From positions 65,569 through 129,568 of the forward strand of contig JALHPE010000002.1 of the NCBI GenBank assembly GCA_022842645.1: 64,000 nt of DNA, read 5' to 3'. The notes under the pieces are model-generated. The model made no database searches. It was not told the origin of the DNA and saw only the letters and a list, made by a program, of their open reading frames with translations. Both the position numbers and the translations under genes were made by a program. This DNA comes from Minisyncoccota bacterium. Its GTDB lineage: Bacteria > Patescibacteriota > Minisyncoccia > Phycocordibacterales > UBA2100. Shown one piece after another: positions 37,425 through 47,365 of this stretch. Positions within the stretch are counted from its first letter, which is position 1. Each line of letters begins with the position of its first letter.

Positions 37425-38162
37425 ATGCGCGATTACATCTACGGGATACACGCAGTCGATACGCTTCTCAAGAATGCACCAGAGCGCATAGAAACGCTCT
37501 ACCTTGCAGAATCGGTAGAGCAAAGATTCCGCCCTTTGGCCGCAAACAAGAGCGTTCGTGTTGAGCCACTTCCACGCAATCAATTTATGCGCGACTTACA
37601 GGGCGCCGTGCATCAAGGCGTGGTCGCACAAGTATCCCTCGACAACCTTCTCATTGAGTATCCAGTATTTATGGCATCTCTTGCACCGACGGCAGACACG
37701 GCTCTCGTGCTCTTAAATGAAATTACCGATCCGCATAATGTTGGTGCCATTATTCGCTCTGCCGCGGCATTTGGTGCGAGCGCTGTCCTCATCCCAACAT
37801 TCAATCAAGTCGGGGTGACTGGCGTCGTGGCGAAAGCCTCCGCGGGCACCATCTTCAGCGTACCTCTTGTCGCAATCGGAAATGAGAACCAAACGATTCT
37901 CAATCTCAAAGAACGCCACTTTTGGATTTACGGCCTCGCAGCAGAAGGGACGCACGAACTCTCGAAAGAAAAATTTGATGCACCAGCTGTGTTTGTTATT
38001 GGAAGCGAAGGGGAGGGGCTGCGACCTAAAACACGCGAACACTGCGACATCCTTCTGCGCATCCCCATGCATCCACGCGCAGAGTCCCTCAACGCCTCAG
38101 TCTCTGCAGGTGTCGCCCTCGCCGCATGGTCAGTACAACACGCTAAGGCGCTTCTTGCCTAA
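37425..38162 (+). CDS. rlmB: SpoU-family rRNA 2'-O-methyltransferase (RlmB-like)
   Basis: SPOUT motifs 'DPHNVGAIIRSAAAFG' and 'GSEGEGL'. Confidence 0.8.
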   Translation: MRDYIYGIHAVDTLLKNAPERIETLYLAESVEQRFRPLAANKSVRVEPLPRNQFMRDLQGAVHQGVVAQVSLDNLLIEYPVFMASLAPTADTALVLLNEITDPHNVGAIIRSAAAFGASAVLIPTFNQVGVTGVVAKASAGTIFSVPLVAIGNENQTILNLKERHFWIYGLAAEGTHELSKEKFDAPAVFVIGSEGEGLRPKTREHCDILLRIPMHPRAESLNASVSAGVALAAWSVQHAKALLA

Positions 38163-38195
38163 GCAGAAAGCCATTTTTCTGCTACAATCTCGCGT

Positions 38196-39131
38196 ATGCA
38201 ACGATTGTTGACAGGCCTTCAACCCTCTGGCGCACTGCATATCGGCAACTATTTTGGTGCGCTCAAACCCTTCGCCGAAATGTACGCAGAGTATGAGAGC
38301 TACCTTATGGTGGTTGATTACCATGCGCTCACGTCGCTTCGAAATGGTGATGAGCTTCGCGGAAACATAAAAAATGTCGTGCGGGATTATCTTGCCGTCG
38401 GCGTTGATCCTGCGAAAGCAATCATCTTCCAGCAGTCGCAAGTGCAAGAGCATACTGAGTTTGCCTGGGTCCTTGAGTGCTTGGTGACAGTTTCCTTTTT
38501 GGAACTCGGGCACGCCTACAAAGACAAAGTTGCGAAGGGGATTGAAGCAACGGCCGGGCTTTTCAATTACCCCATGCTTATGGCGGCAGATATTTTGCTC
38601 TATGACACTGATGTGGTGCCCGTTGGCGAAGATCAGCGTCAGCACCTTGAATATGCGCGCGAAGCGGCCGCAAAATTTAATAAAGCGTACGGGGAGACAC
38701 TGAAAGAACCAAAAGAACTCATCCAAAAATCCGTTGCAGTTGTGCCTGGCACCGACGGCAAGAAAATGTCGAAAAGTTACGGGAACACCATACCGCTCTT
38801 TGGTACCAAAGATGAGATATCAAAAGCGGTAATGAGCATCGTGACGGATTCCGGTGGAGATAAACCTGAGCACGTCTTTGCTATCCACAAACTTCTCAAA
38901 ACAGAAACTGAGCTTGCGCCGCTCTACGAAGACAATCAAGGCAAGTACAAAGCGCTTAAAGATGCGCTTATCGAAGATCTTGACGCGCTTATTGCCCCCA
39001 TGCGCGAAAAGCGCAGTGCTATCACTGACGCAGAAGTTAAAAAAGTTCTCGACGAAGGCTCCGCGAAGGCACGGGAAAAAGCGGCTTCCAAAATGAGGGA
39101 GGTACGACAAAAAGTGGGAGTTGCACTATGA
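38196..39131 (+). CDS. trpS: Tryptophan--tRNA ligase
   Basis: 'GALHIGNYFGA' HIGH-type motif and 'KMSKS'. Confidence 0.9.
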   Translation: MQRLLTGLQPSGALHIGNYFGALKPFAEMYAEYESYLMVVDYHALTSLRNGDELRGNIKNVVRDYLAVGVDPAKAIIFQQSQVQEHTEFAWVLECLVTVSFLELGHAYKDKVAKGIEATAGLFNYPMLMAADILLYDTDVVPVGEDQRQHLEYAREAAAKFNKAYGETLKEPKELIQKSVAVVPGTDGKKMSKSYGNTIPLFGTKDEISKAVMSIVTDSGGDKPEHVFAIHKLLKTETELAPLYEDNQGKYKALKDALIEDLDALIAPMREKRSAITDAEVKKVLDEGSAKAREKAASKMREVRQKVGVAL

Positions 39132-39601
39132 ACAAAGAGCGACACACACTGAAGATTGCGGTGTACGCTGTACTCATAAAAAACGATCAGATACTCCTAA
39201 CACGCCGTAGTAATACTGGATGGCAAGATGGCAATTACAGTCTTCCGGCAGGACATCTGGAAATTGGCGAAACCCTGAAAGAGGCAGTCATTCGGGAGAC
39301 TCTTGAAGAAATCGGAGTAAAGTTAATAGACGATACAATTCAACTAGCACACACAATGCACCGACAGGATCTGTATATCGACTTCTTTTTTACGGGACAA
39401 TGGAGCGGGGAATCGGAAAATCTCGAACCGGAAAAGTGCGATGATGTGCGATGGTTTCCACTAGACGCTTTCCCTGAGAACATGGTTCCATCGGTGCGTT
39501 TTGGTCTCGAAAAAATTCAGCAAAACAATGCTTTCTCCGAATTACAGCTTGGTTATGATGAAAAACTAAGCCCTTCTCTAGCTGGAAAAACTATAGTATA
39601 A
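39128..39601 (+). CDS. NUDIX hydrolase
   Basis: Nudix box 'GHLEIGETLKEAVIRETLEEIGV'; ATGA overlap with trpS. Confidence 0.8.
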   Translation: MNKERHTLKIAVYAVLIKNDQILLTRRSNTGWQDGNYSLPAGHLEIGETLKEAVIRETLEEIGVKLIDDTIQLAHTMHRQDLYIDFFFTGQWSGESENLEPEKCDDVRWFPLDAFPENMVPSVRFGLEKIQQNNAFSELQLGYDEKLSPSLAGKTIV

Positions 39602-39618
39602 CGAACATTCTTTTCTTT

Positions 39619-40947
39619 ATGGAACGCACACTCATTGGGGATCTGAAGACGCACGCTGGGGAGACGGTCCTCGTGAATGGGTGGATTTCTGTGCGCCGTG
39701 ATCAGGGAAAAATGGTATTTTTTGATATTCGCGACCGCTCAGGAACGATTCAGGGGGTGGTGCTTCCCAAAAGCGCTGCGATTGACGCGGCGAAAGAAAC
39801 GAACGTGGAGAGCGCGGTTGCCATAACCGGCATGGTAAATGCGCGGCCGGAAAAGAATGTTGTTGCGGAAAAACAAAACGGCGATATCGAGCTCCAGATT
39901 GAGAGTATTGAGATTCTAAATGCAGCGCACACGCTCCCATTTGAACTTGATGTTGAGCTCAATCTTGATACACACCTCGACAATCTCCCGCTTACACTGA
40001 AGGCTGAGCGCACGCGTCAGATTTTTATGATGCAAGCAACGATACTCAACGAGTATCGCAATTCATTACAGCGTCGTGGGTTCACCGAATTTATCGCGCC
40101 TGCAATCGTGGGCGGCGACGCCGAAGGCGGCGCCGCGGTATTTCGCCTCGAGTATTTCAAGGAACAAGCAGCGTATCTTGCTACCTCGCCGCAGTTCTAT
40201 AAACAGATTATGACAGGTGCGTTTGAACGCGCCTTCACCATCGCAAAAGTGTTTCGTGCTGAGAAGAGCGCGACCACGCGTCATATTTCCGAGATAACAC
40301 AAATGGATTTTGAAATGGGTTTCATCAAAGACGAACGCGAGGTCATGAAGGAACTTCAAACAACGATTCAAGATGTTGTTAAGGCAGTGGGGGAGACGCA
40401 TGCGGATATTTTTGCAACTTTCAAAACGGAAGTTCCACTCGCTCCCGCAGAATTCCCAGTCTTCACGCTTCAAGAAGCACAAGCGATTGTGGCAAAAGAG
40501 TTTGGCCGCACCATCGAAGACACGAACGATATGTCGCCAGAAGACGAGCGTCAGATCTGCGAATATGCAAAGCAGAAATTCGGTTCGGACTTTGTATTTA
40601 TCACTCGTTTCCCCACGGCAAAACGTGCGTTTTACACGTATGAAGAGCCTGCAGAAGCACCGCTCTCACGCGGCTTCGATCTCCTTTTCCGCGGGCTTGA
40701 AATCAACAGTGGAGCGCAGCGTATCCACGATTATGATTCTCTCATCGCGCGCATCAAGGAACGCGGCATGGATTCGGAAAAATTTTCATACTACCTACAG
40801 ACCTTCAAATATGGTATTCCGCCGCATGGTGGTTGTTCCACAGGACTTGAGCGCTTCACGGGGCGCATGTTGGAACTAACAAACATTAAAGAATCAACGG
40901 CATTTCCGCGCGATATGACGCGTATTGATGGTAAACTGTCGGAATGA
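39619..40947 (+). CDS. aspS: Aspartate--tRNA ligase, archaeal/eukaryotic-type (about 440 aa)
   Basis: N-terminal OB anticodon-binding domain; class II motifs including 'FRAE' and 'GGCSTGLER'. Confidence 0.85.
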   Translation: MERTLIGDLKTHAGETVLVNGWISVRRDQGKMVFFDIRDRSGTIQGVVLPKSAAIDAAKETNVESAVAITGMVNARPEKNVVAEKQNGDIELQIESIEILNAAHTLPFELDVELNLDTHLDNLPLTLKAERTRQIFMMQATILNEYRNSLQRRGFTEFIAPAIVGGDAEGGAAVFRLEYFKEQAAYLATSPQFYKQIMTGAFERAFTIAKVFRAEKSATTRHISEITQMDFEMGFIKDEREVMKELQTTIQDVVKAVGETHADIFATFKTEVPLAPAEFPVFTLQEAQAIVAKEFGRTIEDTNDMSPEDERQICEYAKQKFGSDFVFITRFPTAKRAFYTYEEPAEAPLSRGFDLLFRGLEINSGAQRIHDYDSLIARIKERGMDSEKFSYYLQTFKYGIPPHGGCSTGLERFTGRMLELTNIKESTAFPRDMTRIDGKLSE

Positions 40948-41687
40948 CAGAGGCGGGTTTTACGTTTGAAAGCGAGCACTTCGCAGGGCCCTTGGATGCG
41001 CTTCTCGACCTCATTGAAAAGCGTAAGCTCGCCGTCTCGAATGTCTCGCTCGCAGAGGTGTGCGATGGGTATTTGGCCTATATTGAGAGCTTGCCCGAAC
41101 TCCCACTCTCGGAAACATCACAATTCATCTTGATTGCCTCAACACTTCTTCTCATTAAATCACGAGCACTTTTGCCCACCGTTGAACTTTCAGACGATGA
41201 GGAGCATTCAATTGAGGAGCTTGAACGCCGTCTCCAACGCCTCGCCCTCATTCGAAAAGCCAGTAAACTGCTACGAAAAGAGTGGGGCAGAGCACCAATC
41301 GTACTTGAACGTCGCGCGCCAGATATTGCTCGTGCGCTCGGTGTCGAGCGTGCGTCATTTGCCCCTGGGGAATCTTCGGTGGAGCGTATTGCAAGCGCCG
41401 TGCGTCGTATCGTTGCAACACTCCCCACTACTGCACGACTTGGCGAAGCGGTAGTCGCACCCGTTTTAGCGCTCGAAGATGTCATTATGAGCCTCAAAAC
41501 GCGCTTACAAACCGCTCGCACACGCTGGAGCGAACTCTCTCGCGGCGCATCGCGAGGCGACATGATCGTGCACTTTCTCGCCATTCTTGAATTAGTGCGC
41601 CACAGCTCAATTTCTGTGACACAAGACCGTCTTTTCGGTGATATTATCGTAGAATCTGACGACACCGGTGCACCCCGTTATGGATGA
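40944..41687 (+). CDS. scpA: Segregation and condensation protein A
   Basis: ScpA N-terminus 'FEGPLDALLDLI'-like (here FAGPLDALLDLIEKRKL). Confidence 0.8.
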   Translation: MTEAGFTFESEHFAGPLDALLDLIEKRKLAVSNVSLAEVCDGYLAYIESLPELPLSETSQFILIASTLLLIKSRALLPTVELSDDEEHSIEELERRLQRLALIRKASKLLRKEWGRAPIVLERRAPDIARALGVERASFAPGESSVERIASAVRRIVATLPTTARLGEAVVAPVLALEDVIMSLKTRLQTARTRWSELSRGASRGDMIVHFLAILELVRHSSISVTQDRLFGDIIVESDDTGAPRYG

Positions 41688-42243
41688 ACTTTCTCGCGAA
41701 ATAGAAGCACTCCTTTTTGCAGAAGGCGGAAGCATGACGTTCGCGCGTCTTGCCCGTGCAACAGGCAGGAGTGAAAGCGAGGTCAGGGCCACATTGGCTT
41801 TTATTGAGTCGCGCCTCTCAAACGGAGCGCTCACTCTCATACGCTCTGACACTGAAGTTTCACTCGGCATTGCACCTTCTGCCCGGAAACCCGTACTTGC
41901 TATGCTGAAAGAGGAAGAAGAGCGGAATATTGGCGAAGCCGGTCTTGAAATAGTGGGAGTTCTTCTCTACGAAGGACCGTCGACGCGTGCCGAAATCGAC
42001 TACATTCGCGGCGTTAATTCCAGCTCGACGCTTCGTAATTTACTCGCACGGGGGCTCGTGGAAAGAAGCGGCAATCCCGAAGACGGTCGGGAATTCATCT
42101 ACCGACCAACGACAGAGCTCCTGGCTTTCTTGGGGGTAACAAACAGGGAAAATCTGCCTGAATATGCTACAATTTCTGCCGAACTAAACTCTTTTAAACA
42201 ACACCATGCCGGAAGAACGCCAGGAACAGACATTGCCGCTTGA
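41668..42243 (+). CDS. scpB: Segregation and condensation protein B
   Basis: Tandem winged-helix ScpB pattern; follows scpA. Confidence 0.8.
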   Translation: MHPVMDELSREIEALLFAEGGSMTFARLARATGRSESEVRATLAFIESRLSNGALTLIRSDTEVSLGIAPSARKPVLAMLKEEEERNIGEAGLEIVGVLLYEGPSTRAEIDYIRGVNSSSTLRNLLARGLVERSGNPEDGREFIYRPTTELLAFLGVTNRENLPEYATISAELNSFKQHHAGRTPGTDIAA

Positions 42244-43246
42244 GACCCAAACATCAACCCCGCTTCTTGCGGCACCTCCCGAGCGGATGCTTTTGCCACG
42301 CGTGGCGCTCGGTGCCACACTTTTGGGCCTCAGTATTTTTGGCGGTATGGCGCTTATTTCGGCAACGCTTCCTACGCTTTTTGAGCGAGGTGCGTCAGTG
42401 CAGGTTGCCGCAGTTGCTGCACCACTTGAAGTTTCTCATTTCGCAGATCTCAAGCTCGAAGCTCGCAGTGCGTATGTGTTTGATGCTTCTAATGACGTGG
42501 CACTTTACACCCGAGAACCTGATGCGCAATTGCCACTTGCTTCAATCACCAAGGTAATGATTGCACTTGCTGTCTCAGATGTGCTCAGTATGGATGAAAT
42601 GGTTACGATTTCACGCGAAGCGGTTGCTCGAGGTGGTGGTGGACTCACCTATGGAGAAACCTGGCGAGTCCGTGAACTTATTGATCTGATGCTCATTACC
42701 TCTTCAAACACTGCAGCTGAAGCACTTCGCGAAGTGGCCGAAGCACCGCTTTCCGTACGCTACCCCGATGCACCTGCTGGACAAGCGACGCTCACGCATA
42801 TGAATGCACGCGCGCGTGAACTTGGTATGCGGTCGACATTCTTTCTCAACCCAACAGGACTTGATGAAAGCGCCACACAGGCGGGTGCGTATGGTTCTGC
42901 TCGCGATGTGGGGACACTCTTCGCTTATATTTTGCGCGCCAAACGTGATCTGTTTGCGGGGACGGCGCGCGCAGAGGCGGTTTTGGGACCTATCAATATG
43001 CCGAAGCGCGAAGTCTACAATACCAACACGGCACTTGCGGATATTCCGCACCTCTTTATGGGGAAGACAGGGTTTACGGACCTTGCGGGGGGCAATCTCG
43101 CAGTTGCATTCGATGCGTCAGAGGGACGGCCTATTGTGGTCGTGGTGCTTGGATCATCTCAGGAAGGGCGTTTTACTGATGTGCGTACACTGACCGATGC
43201 GGCGCTCAAAACTCTCGGAACACAGGCTCCTAAAGTGGTAGAATAG
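42206..43246 (+). CDS. D-alanyl-D-alanine carboxypeptidase (low-MW PBP, DacA-like)
   Basis: SxxK 'SITK', SxN 'SSN', KTG 'GKTGFT'; alternative start 42287 ('MLLPRVALG...' signal peptide). Confidence 0.8.
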   Translation: MPEERQEQTLPLETQTSTPLLAAPPERMLLPRVALGATLLGLSIFGGMALISATLPTLFERGASVQVAAVAAPLEVSHFADLKLEARSAYVFDASNDVALYTREPDAQLPLASITKVMIALAVSDVLSMDEMVTISREAVARGGGGLTYGETWRVRELIDLMLITSSNTAAEALREVAEAPLSVRYPDAPAGQATLTHMNARARELGMRSTFFLNPTGLDESATQAGAYGSARDVGTLFAYILRAKRDLFAGTARAEAVLGPINMPKREVYNTNTALADIPHLFMGKTGFTDLAGGNLAVAFDASEGRPIVVVVLGSSQEGRFTDVRTLTDAALKTLGTQAPKVVE

Positions 43247-43251
43247 ATCTC

Positions 43252-44307
43252 ATGCTTCCCGACGTTATACGGGTGCTTGCTCCCGCTGGTCTCGCGTTTG
43301 CGATTGGTGTCGCGATGACACCAATTCTCACGCACTATTTGTATGCACTAAAGGCCTGGAAAAAAACAGGGGGGAAGACTGCGTACGATGGCACTCACGC
43401 GACTGAATTTAATCGGCTCCACAGCGTTCGTGAAGTGAACACACCTCGTTTTGGGGGAATTATCATCTGGGGTAGTGTGGCGCTCACGACTGCAATTCTC
43501 GCACTCCTCCCACGATTTTTCCCGGGACTCGAAGTATTTGATTTTCTGAGCCGAAGCCAGACATGGGTTCCTTTAACAGCACTCCTTGTAGGTGCGGTTG
43601 CAGGTTTTTTTGATGATCTTCTCGTCATTCGTCCAGGAGGGGAGGGGATCCAGCTGCGGTATCGACTTCTTGTCGTTGTGCTTCTCTCATTTTTTATTGG
43701 ATGGTGGTTTTACACCAAGCTCGATGTCACCGCCGTGCGATTGCCGTTTGACGGGCTTCTCGAGCTCGGTTTTCTTATCGTGCCGTTTTTTATTCTCACC
43801 TCGCTCGCACTCTATGCAAGTGGTGTGATTGATGGCCTTGATGGACTTTCAGGAGGTGTGTTTCTCGCGATTTTTGCCTCGTATGCGGTTATTGCATTCT
43901 CACAAAACCAGATTGATCTTGCTGCATTTTGCGCCGCGCTCTGCGGAGGACTCCTTGCGTTTCTTTGGTTCAATATTCCGCCTGCACGATTCTATATGTC
44001 GGATACAGGTTCGATGGCACTCACGCTCGCCATTCCGGCAATTGCCTTTATGACCGACGAGCTAGGAGACGGCATCGGCGTAGCCGTGCTTCCCGTCATC
44101 GGTTTCCTGCTCGTCGTTACCGTAGCGTCAGACATTCTGCAAATGTTCTGGAAATACTGGTTCGGGAAAAAACTCTTTCGCATCGCGCCTCTCCACCATC
44201 ACTTTGAGGCTATCGGATGGACGCCCGAAAAAGTTGTCATGCGCTACTGGGTGTTAGCAATCGCTTTTGGATTCCTCGGCGTTATTCTCGCGCTCACGGG
44301 TAAGTAA
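43252..44307 (+). CDS. mraY: Phospho-N-acetylmuramoyl-pentapeptide transferase
   Basis: MraY motifs 'GLDGL' and 'HHHFE'; 10 TM. Confidence 0.9.
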   Translation: MLPDVIRVLAPAGLAFAIGVAMTPILTHYLYALKAWKKTGGKTAYDGTHATEFNRLHSVREVNTPRFGGIIIWGSVALTTAILALLPRFFPGLEVFDFLSRSQTWVPLTALLVGAVAGFFDDLLVIRPGGEGIQLRYRLLVVVLLSFFIGWWFYTKLDVTAVRLPFDGLLELGFLIVPFFILTSLALYASGVIDGLDGLSGGVFLAIFASYAVIAFSQNQIDLAAFCAALCGGLLAFLWFNIPPARFYMSDTGSMALTLAIPAIAFMTDELGDGIGVAVLPVIGFLLVVTVASDILQMFWKYWFGKKLFRIAPLHHHFEAIGWTPEKVVMRYWVLAIAFGFLGVILALTGK

Positions 44308-44309
44308 TT

Positions 44310-45422
44310 ATGCGCCTTTCACTTGGGAAAGCCGATACCATACTACTCGCACTCCTGTGTGCCCTTGTTCTTGGTGGCGCGCTTATGTTTTCCTCTGCTG
44401 CCGTAGGACTTCTTGCGCGTGGCGGTTCACATATCTCGAGTGTGATGTTCAATCACCTTGTACTCGGTGTCGGTTTGGGGCTGATAGGAGCCATTATCAT
44501 GTATCTGATTGATTACAAACTATGGCGAATCTATGCGCCATATGTATTTGCGGCAGGACTTCTTGGCACAGCACTGGTGTTTGTTCCCGGGCTTGGATTT
44601 GAGCACGGAGGAGGAAGGCGCTGGCTCGATTTGGGCATCACGACGGTACAACCTTCAGAATTTTTGAAGCTCGCTGGCGTTATTATGGCAGCAAGTGTGT
44701 TTACGATTCTGCGAGACGATGCGTCTGACTGGAAGGGTGTTGCCGCGTTTCTGGCTCTTGTTGCGGCGCCAGGACTCCTCCTCGCGATGCAACCGGATTT
44801 TGGGACTCTCGGCATTATCACCATCTCAATTTTTTCTGTTGCGATTGCAGCGGGACTTCGCTTTCGGTATATCGCACTTCTTGCGCTTGCGGGGGTGACG
44901 CTCCTTGTTTTGCTTTCATTTACAGCGCGTTACGCGTATGTGTATGAACGTATCGAGACATTTCTTTTTCCACACCAGCAAGACGAGCGAGGAGATCTTT
45001 TTCAAGTAAAACAATCGCTTATCGCTATCGGTGCAGGGGGCGCAACCGGCGTTGGACTCGGTCAGAGCCTCCAAAAATTTACCTATCTTCCTGAACCAAT
45101 GGGGGATTCTATTTTCGCTGTTATTGCCGAAGAGCTCGGATTTCTCGGTTCCATTACCGTGGTGGGATTATTCCTTCTTTTTGCCGTGCGCGGCTATAGT
45201 ATTGCCGCACGCTCGCCTGATCTTTTTGGTGCACTTCTGGCGGTCGGGATATCGACTTATCTTGTGGGGGAGGCCTTCATCAACATCGCGGCCATGCTCG
45301 GCCTCGCTCCCCTCACCGGTATTCCGCTCACGTTCATCAGCCAGGGCGGAAGCGCCATGCTCGCTTCGCTCGCCGCAGCCGGACTTCTTCTCAATATCTC
45401 TCGGCACGTTAAGAAAAAATGA
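44310..45422 (+). CDS. ftsW: SEDS-family peptidoglycan polymerase FtsW/RodA
   Basis: Conserved SEDS C-terminal region 'GSAMLASL'; position after mraY. Confidence 0.85.
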   Translation: MRLSLGKADTILLALLCALVLGGALMFSSAAVGLLARGGSHISSVMFNHLVLGVGLGLIGAIIMYLIDYKLWRIYAPYVFAAGLLGTALVFVPGLGFEHGGGRRWLDLGITTVQPSEFLKLAGVIMAASVFTILRDDASDWKGVAAFLALVAAPGLLLAMQPDFGTLGIITISIFSVAIAAGLRFRYIALLALAGVTLLVLLSFTARYAYVYERIETFLFPHQQDERGDLFQVKQSLIAIGAGGATGVGLGQSLQKFTYLPEPMGDSIFAVIAEELGFLGSITVVGLFLLFAVRGYSIAARSPDLFGALLAVGISTYLVGEAFINIAAMLGLAPLTGIPLTFISQGGSAMLASLAAAGLLLNISRHVKKK

Positions 45423-45745
45423 ACCCTGTTTCGTAAAAAACCTTGCCACGTGCCGAGAACTAATATCCGGTCAGATATATTTTTGTAAAAAAATATATCA
45501 CAACGAATTTTTGGATAGACAACCGGCCTATTCTTTTCAAAGATTTTTGTAATCAACAATCTCGATTACCCGAGATTCCGAATACAATTTTGTACTTCCT
45601 TATATCGGCGTGACGTGATGCCCTTGACGACAGCCGAGATTTTCTTTTTGCGTGCATTCACGAAATTAAATATTTGTGTTTTAAAATCTTATCCACATTT
45701 CCAAACCGATATCTCGGCACTTGGTTTGGACTTAGGATCGTATAT

Positions 45746-47365
45746 ATGAAAAATGAGGTTGCATTGCAAGACCTCGTTGTTCGGACAATGCCGGGCAGAA
45801 TCATTGCTGCGGCCTTGATCGCCAGCATGTTTCTCCCGCAGGGATTGTTGGTTGCAGAAGAAGTTGGGGCGGAGCAATCAGTCGAAACAGCCTCTTCAGA
45901 GGGTCTTGAAGGGGGTGGAGGCGAAATGTCTCTTCTCTTGGGTGAATCAGCAATTCCAGACTCATATCTCTTCGACATAGATAATCTGTTGAGAAATTCA
46001 CGCATTGATGAAAGCTCGGGTGCATTCACCTATGCTATTCCAATCGTTATACCGCCCGGACGCAACGAGATGCAACCTGAGTTGGTGCTGACATATAGTA
46101 GCCAAAGAGAGGAGGATCAACATATAGCGGGATATGGGTGGAATATCCCGCTTCCGTTTATTGAACGTCAAAACAAGATCGGTGTAGAGAATCTTTTTAG
46201 TACGAATATTATTTTTTCGTCAATTTCCGGCGAATTAGCCACAACATCAAACGAGAGTGTATTTTTTGCGAAGTCGGACGATGGATCGTTTACGAAATAC
46301 GAATATGCATCCTCAACAAACCAATGGACGGCAAAAACTAAAGATGGGCATGTTTACAAATTTGGATACGCAACAACATCACAGGTCTTTAGCGTGTCTA
46401 CCACCACACATGTTTCTCGCTGGATTATTGATGAGGAACGTGACACAAACAGCAACTACATCAAGTATGAATATTTTAAAGACAATAGCTTTGCATACCC
46501 GGCTAAGATTACATATACCGGAAACGGAACGACAACGGGTTTATTCACCGTTGAATTTAACCGTGAATCGCGCCCAGATAGTGCCACTTCATCGGTTACA
46601 TCTTTTAAAACAGCAGCTCGGTATCGCCTCAATGAAATCGTGGCCTCTATCGAAGGGCAGTGGGTGCGTAAGTACCAGCTTGCGTATACAGCGGCGGACA
46701 ATGATCGACGATCGTTGCTGCAGTCTGTCACGGAATCTGGCCGTACCGAGATTGGGAGTACGACGACTACGTTTCCCGCAACGACGTTCTCATACAAGAC
46801 AGCAATACCCGGCTGGTCTACAACCACTTCTAACTTTGCGCTACCTCAAAATATTCGAAAAAATGATTACGGTGACGCGGGGACACGTATTGCGGACGTG
46901 AATGGGGATGCGCTCATCGACATTGTTTTTGCACCCGTCGGTACCACGACGAAGATTTATATCAACAATGGAACTGGCTGGACATATAATGCTTCGTGGC
47001 AATTTCCCGTCTCCGTACAGAGCCCCGATGGTGGAGATGGAGGCGTTCGTCTGGTCGATCTCAATGGTGACGGGCTAACCGATATCGTGAAGAGGGAGAC
47101 GCTCTACCCGTCCTTTGAGCAAATAATCCTTCAATACTTAAATACTGGCTCTGGGTGGGCAACTACAACTAACTGGCAGTTACCACAGCATCTTATTCAT
47201 CCCGAAACGCGAGAGGATTTGGGTGTACGTCTTGCCGATGTAAACGGAGATGGGCTCACCGATATTCTTATTGGCCAGTACAATCAAAACGCACAAATAG
47301 TAGATTCAAAAATCTATCTTAATAGCGGGCATCGCCAATGGCTCCACCGTTATGCTCCGCTGTGA
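45746..47365 (+). CDS. Rhs-family polymorphic toxin, N-terminal part (signal/TM, SpvB-like region, FG-GAP-like repeats); continues in +1 frame after a frameshift near 47327-47330
   Basis: Repeated 'DVNGDGLTDI'/'DLNGDGLTDIV'/'DVNGDALIDIV' motifs and YD-like strands; ends 'HRQWLHRYAPL*' out of frame with the downstream core. Confidence 0.7.
   Translation: MKNEVALQDLVVRTMPGRIIAAALIASMFLPQGLLVAEEVGAEQSVETASSEGLEGGGGEMSLLLGESAIPDSYLFDIDNLLRNSRIDESSGAFTYAIPIVIPPGRNEMQPELVLTYSSQREEDQHIAGYGWNIPLPFIERQNKIGVENLFSTNIIFSSISGELATTSNESVFFAKSDDGSFTKYEYASSTNQWTAKTKDGHVYKFGYATTSQVFSVSTTTHVSRWIIDEERDTNSNYIKYEYFKDNSFAYPAKITYTGNGTTTGLFTVEFNRESRPDSATSSVTSFKTAARYRLNEIVASIEGQWVRKYQLAYTAADNDRRSLLQSVTESGRTEIGSTTTTFPATTFSYKTAIPGWSTTTSNFALPQNIRKNDYGDAGTRIADVNGDALIDIVFAPVGTTTKIYINNGTGWTYNASWQFPVSVQSPDGGDGGVRLVDLNGDGLTDIVKRETLYPSFEQIILQYLNTGSGWATTTNWQLPQHLIHPETREDLGVRLADVNGDGLTDILIGQYNQNAQIVDSKIYLNSGHRQWLHRYAPL

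Noticed and set aside
41078-41665. 195-aa minus-strand ORF inside scpA
   Set aside because: Antisense shadow; Ser/Arg-rich, no motifs.
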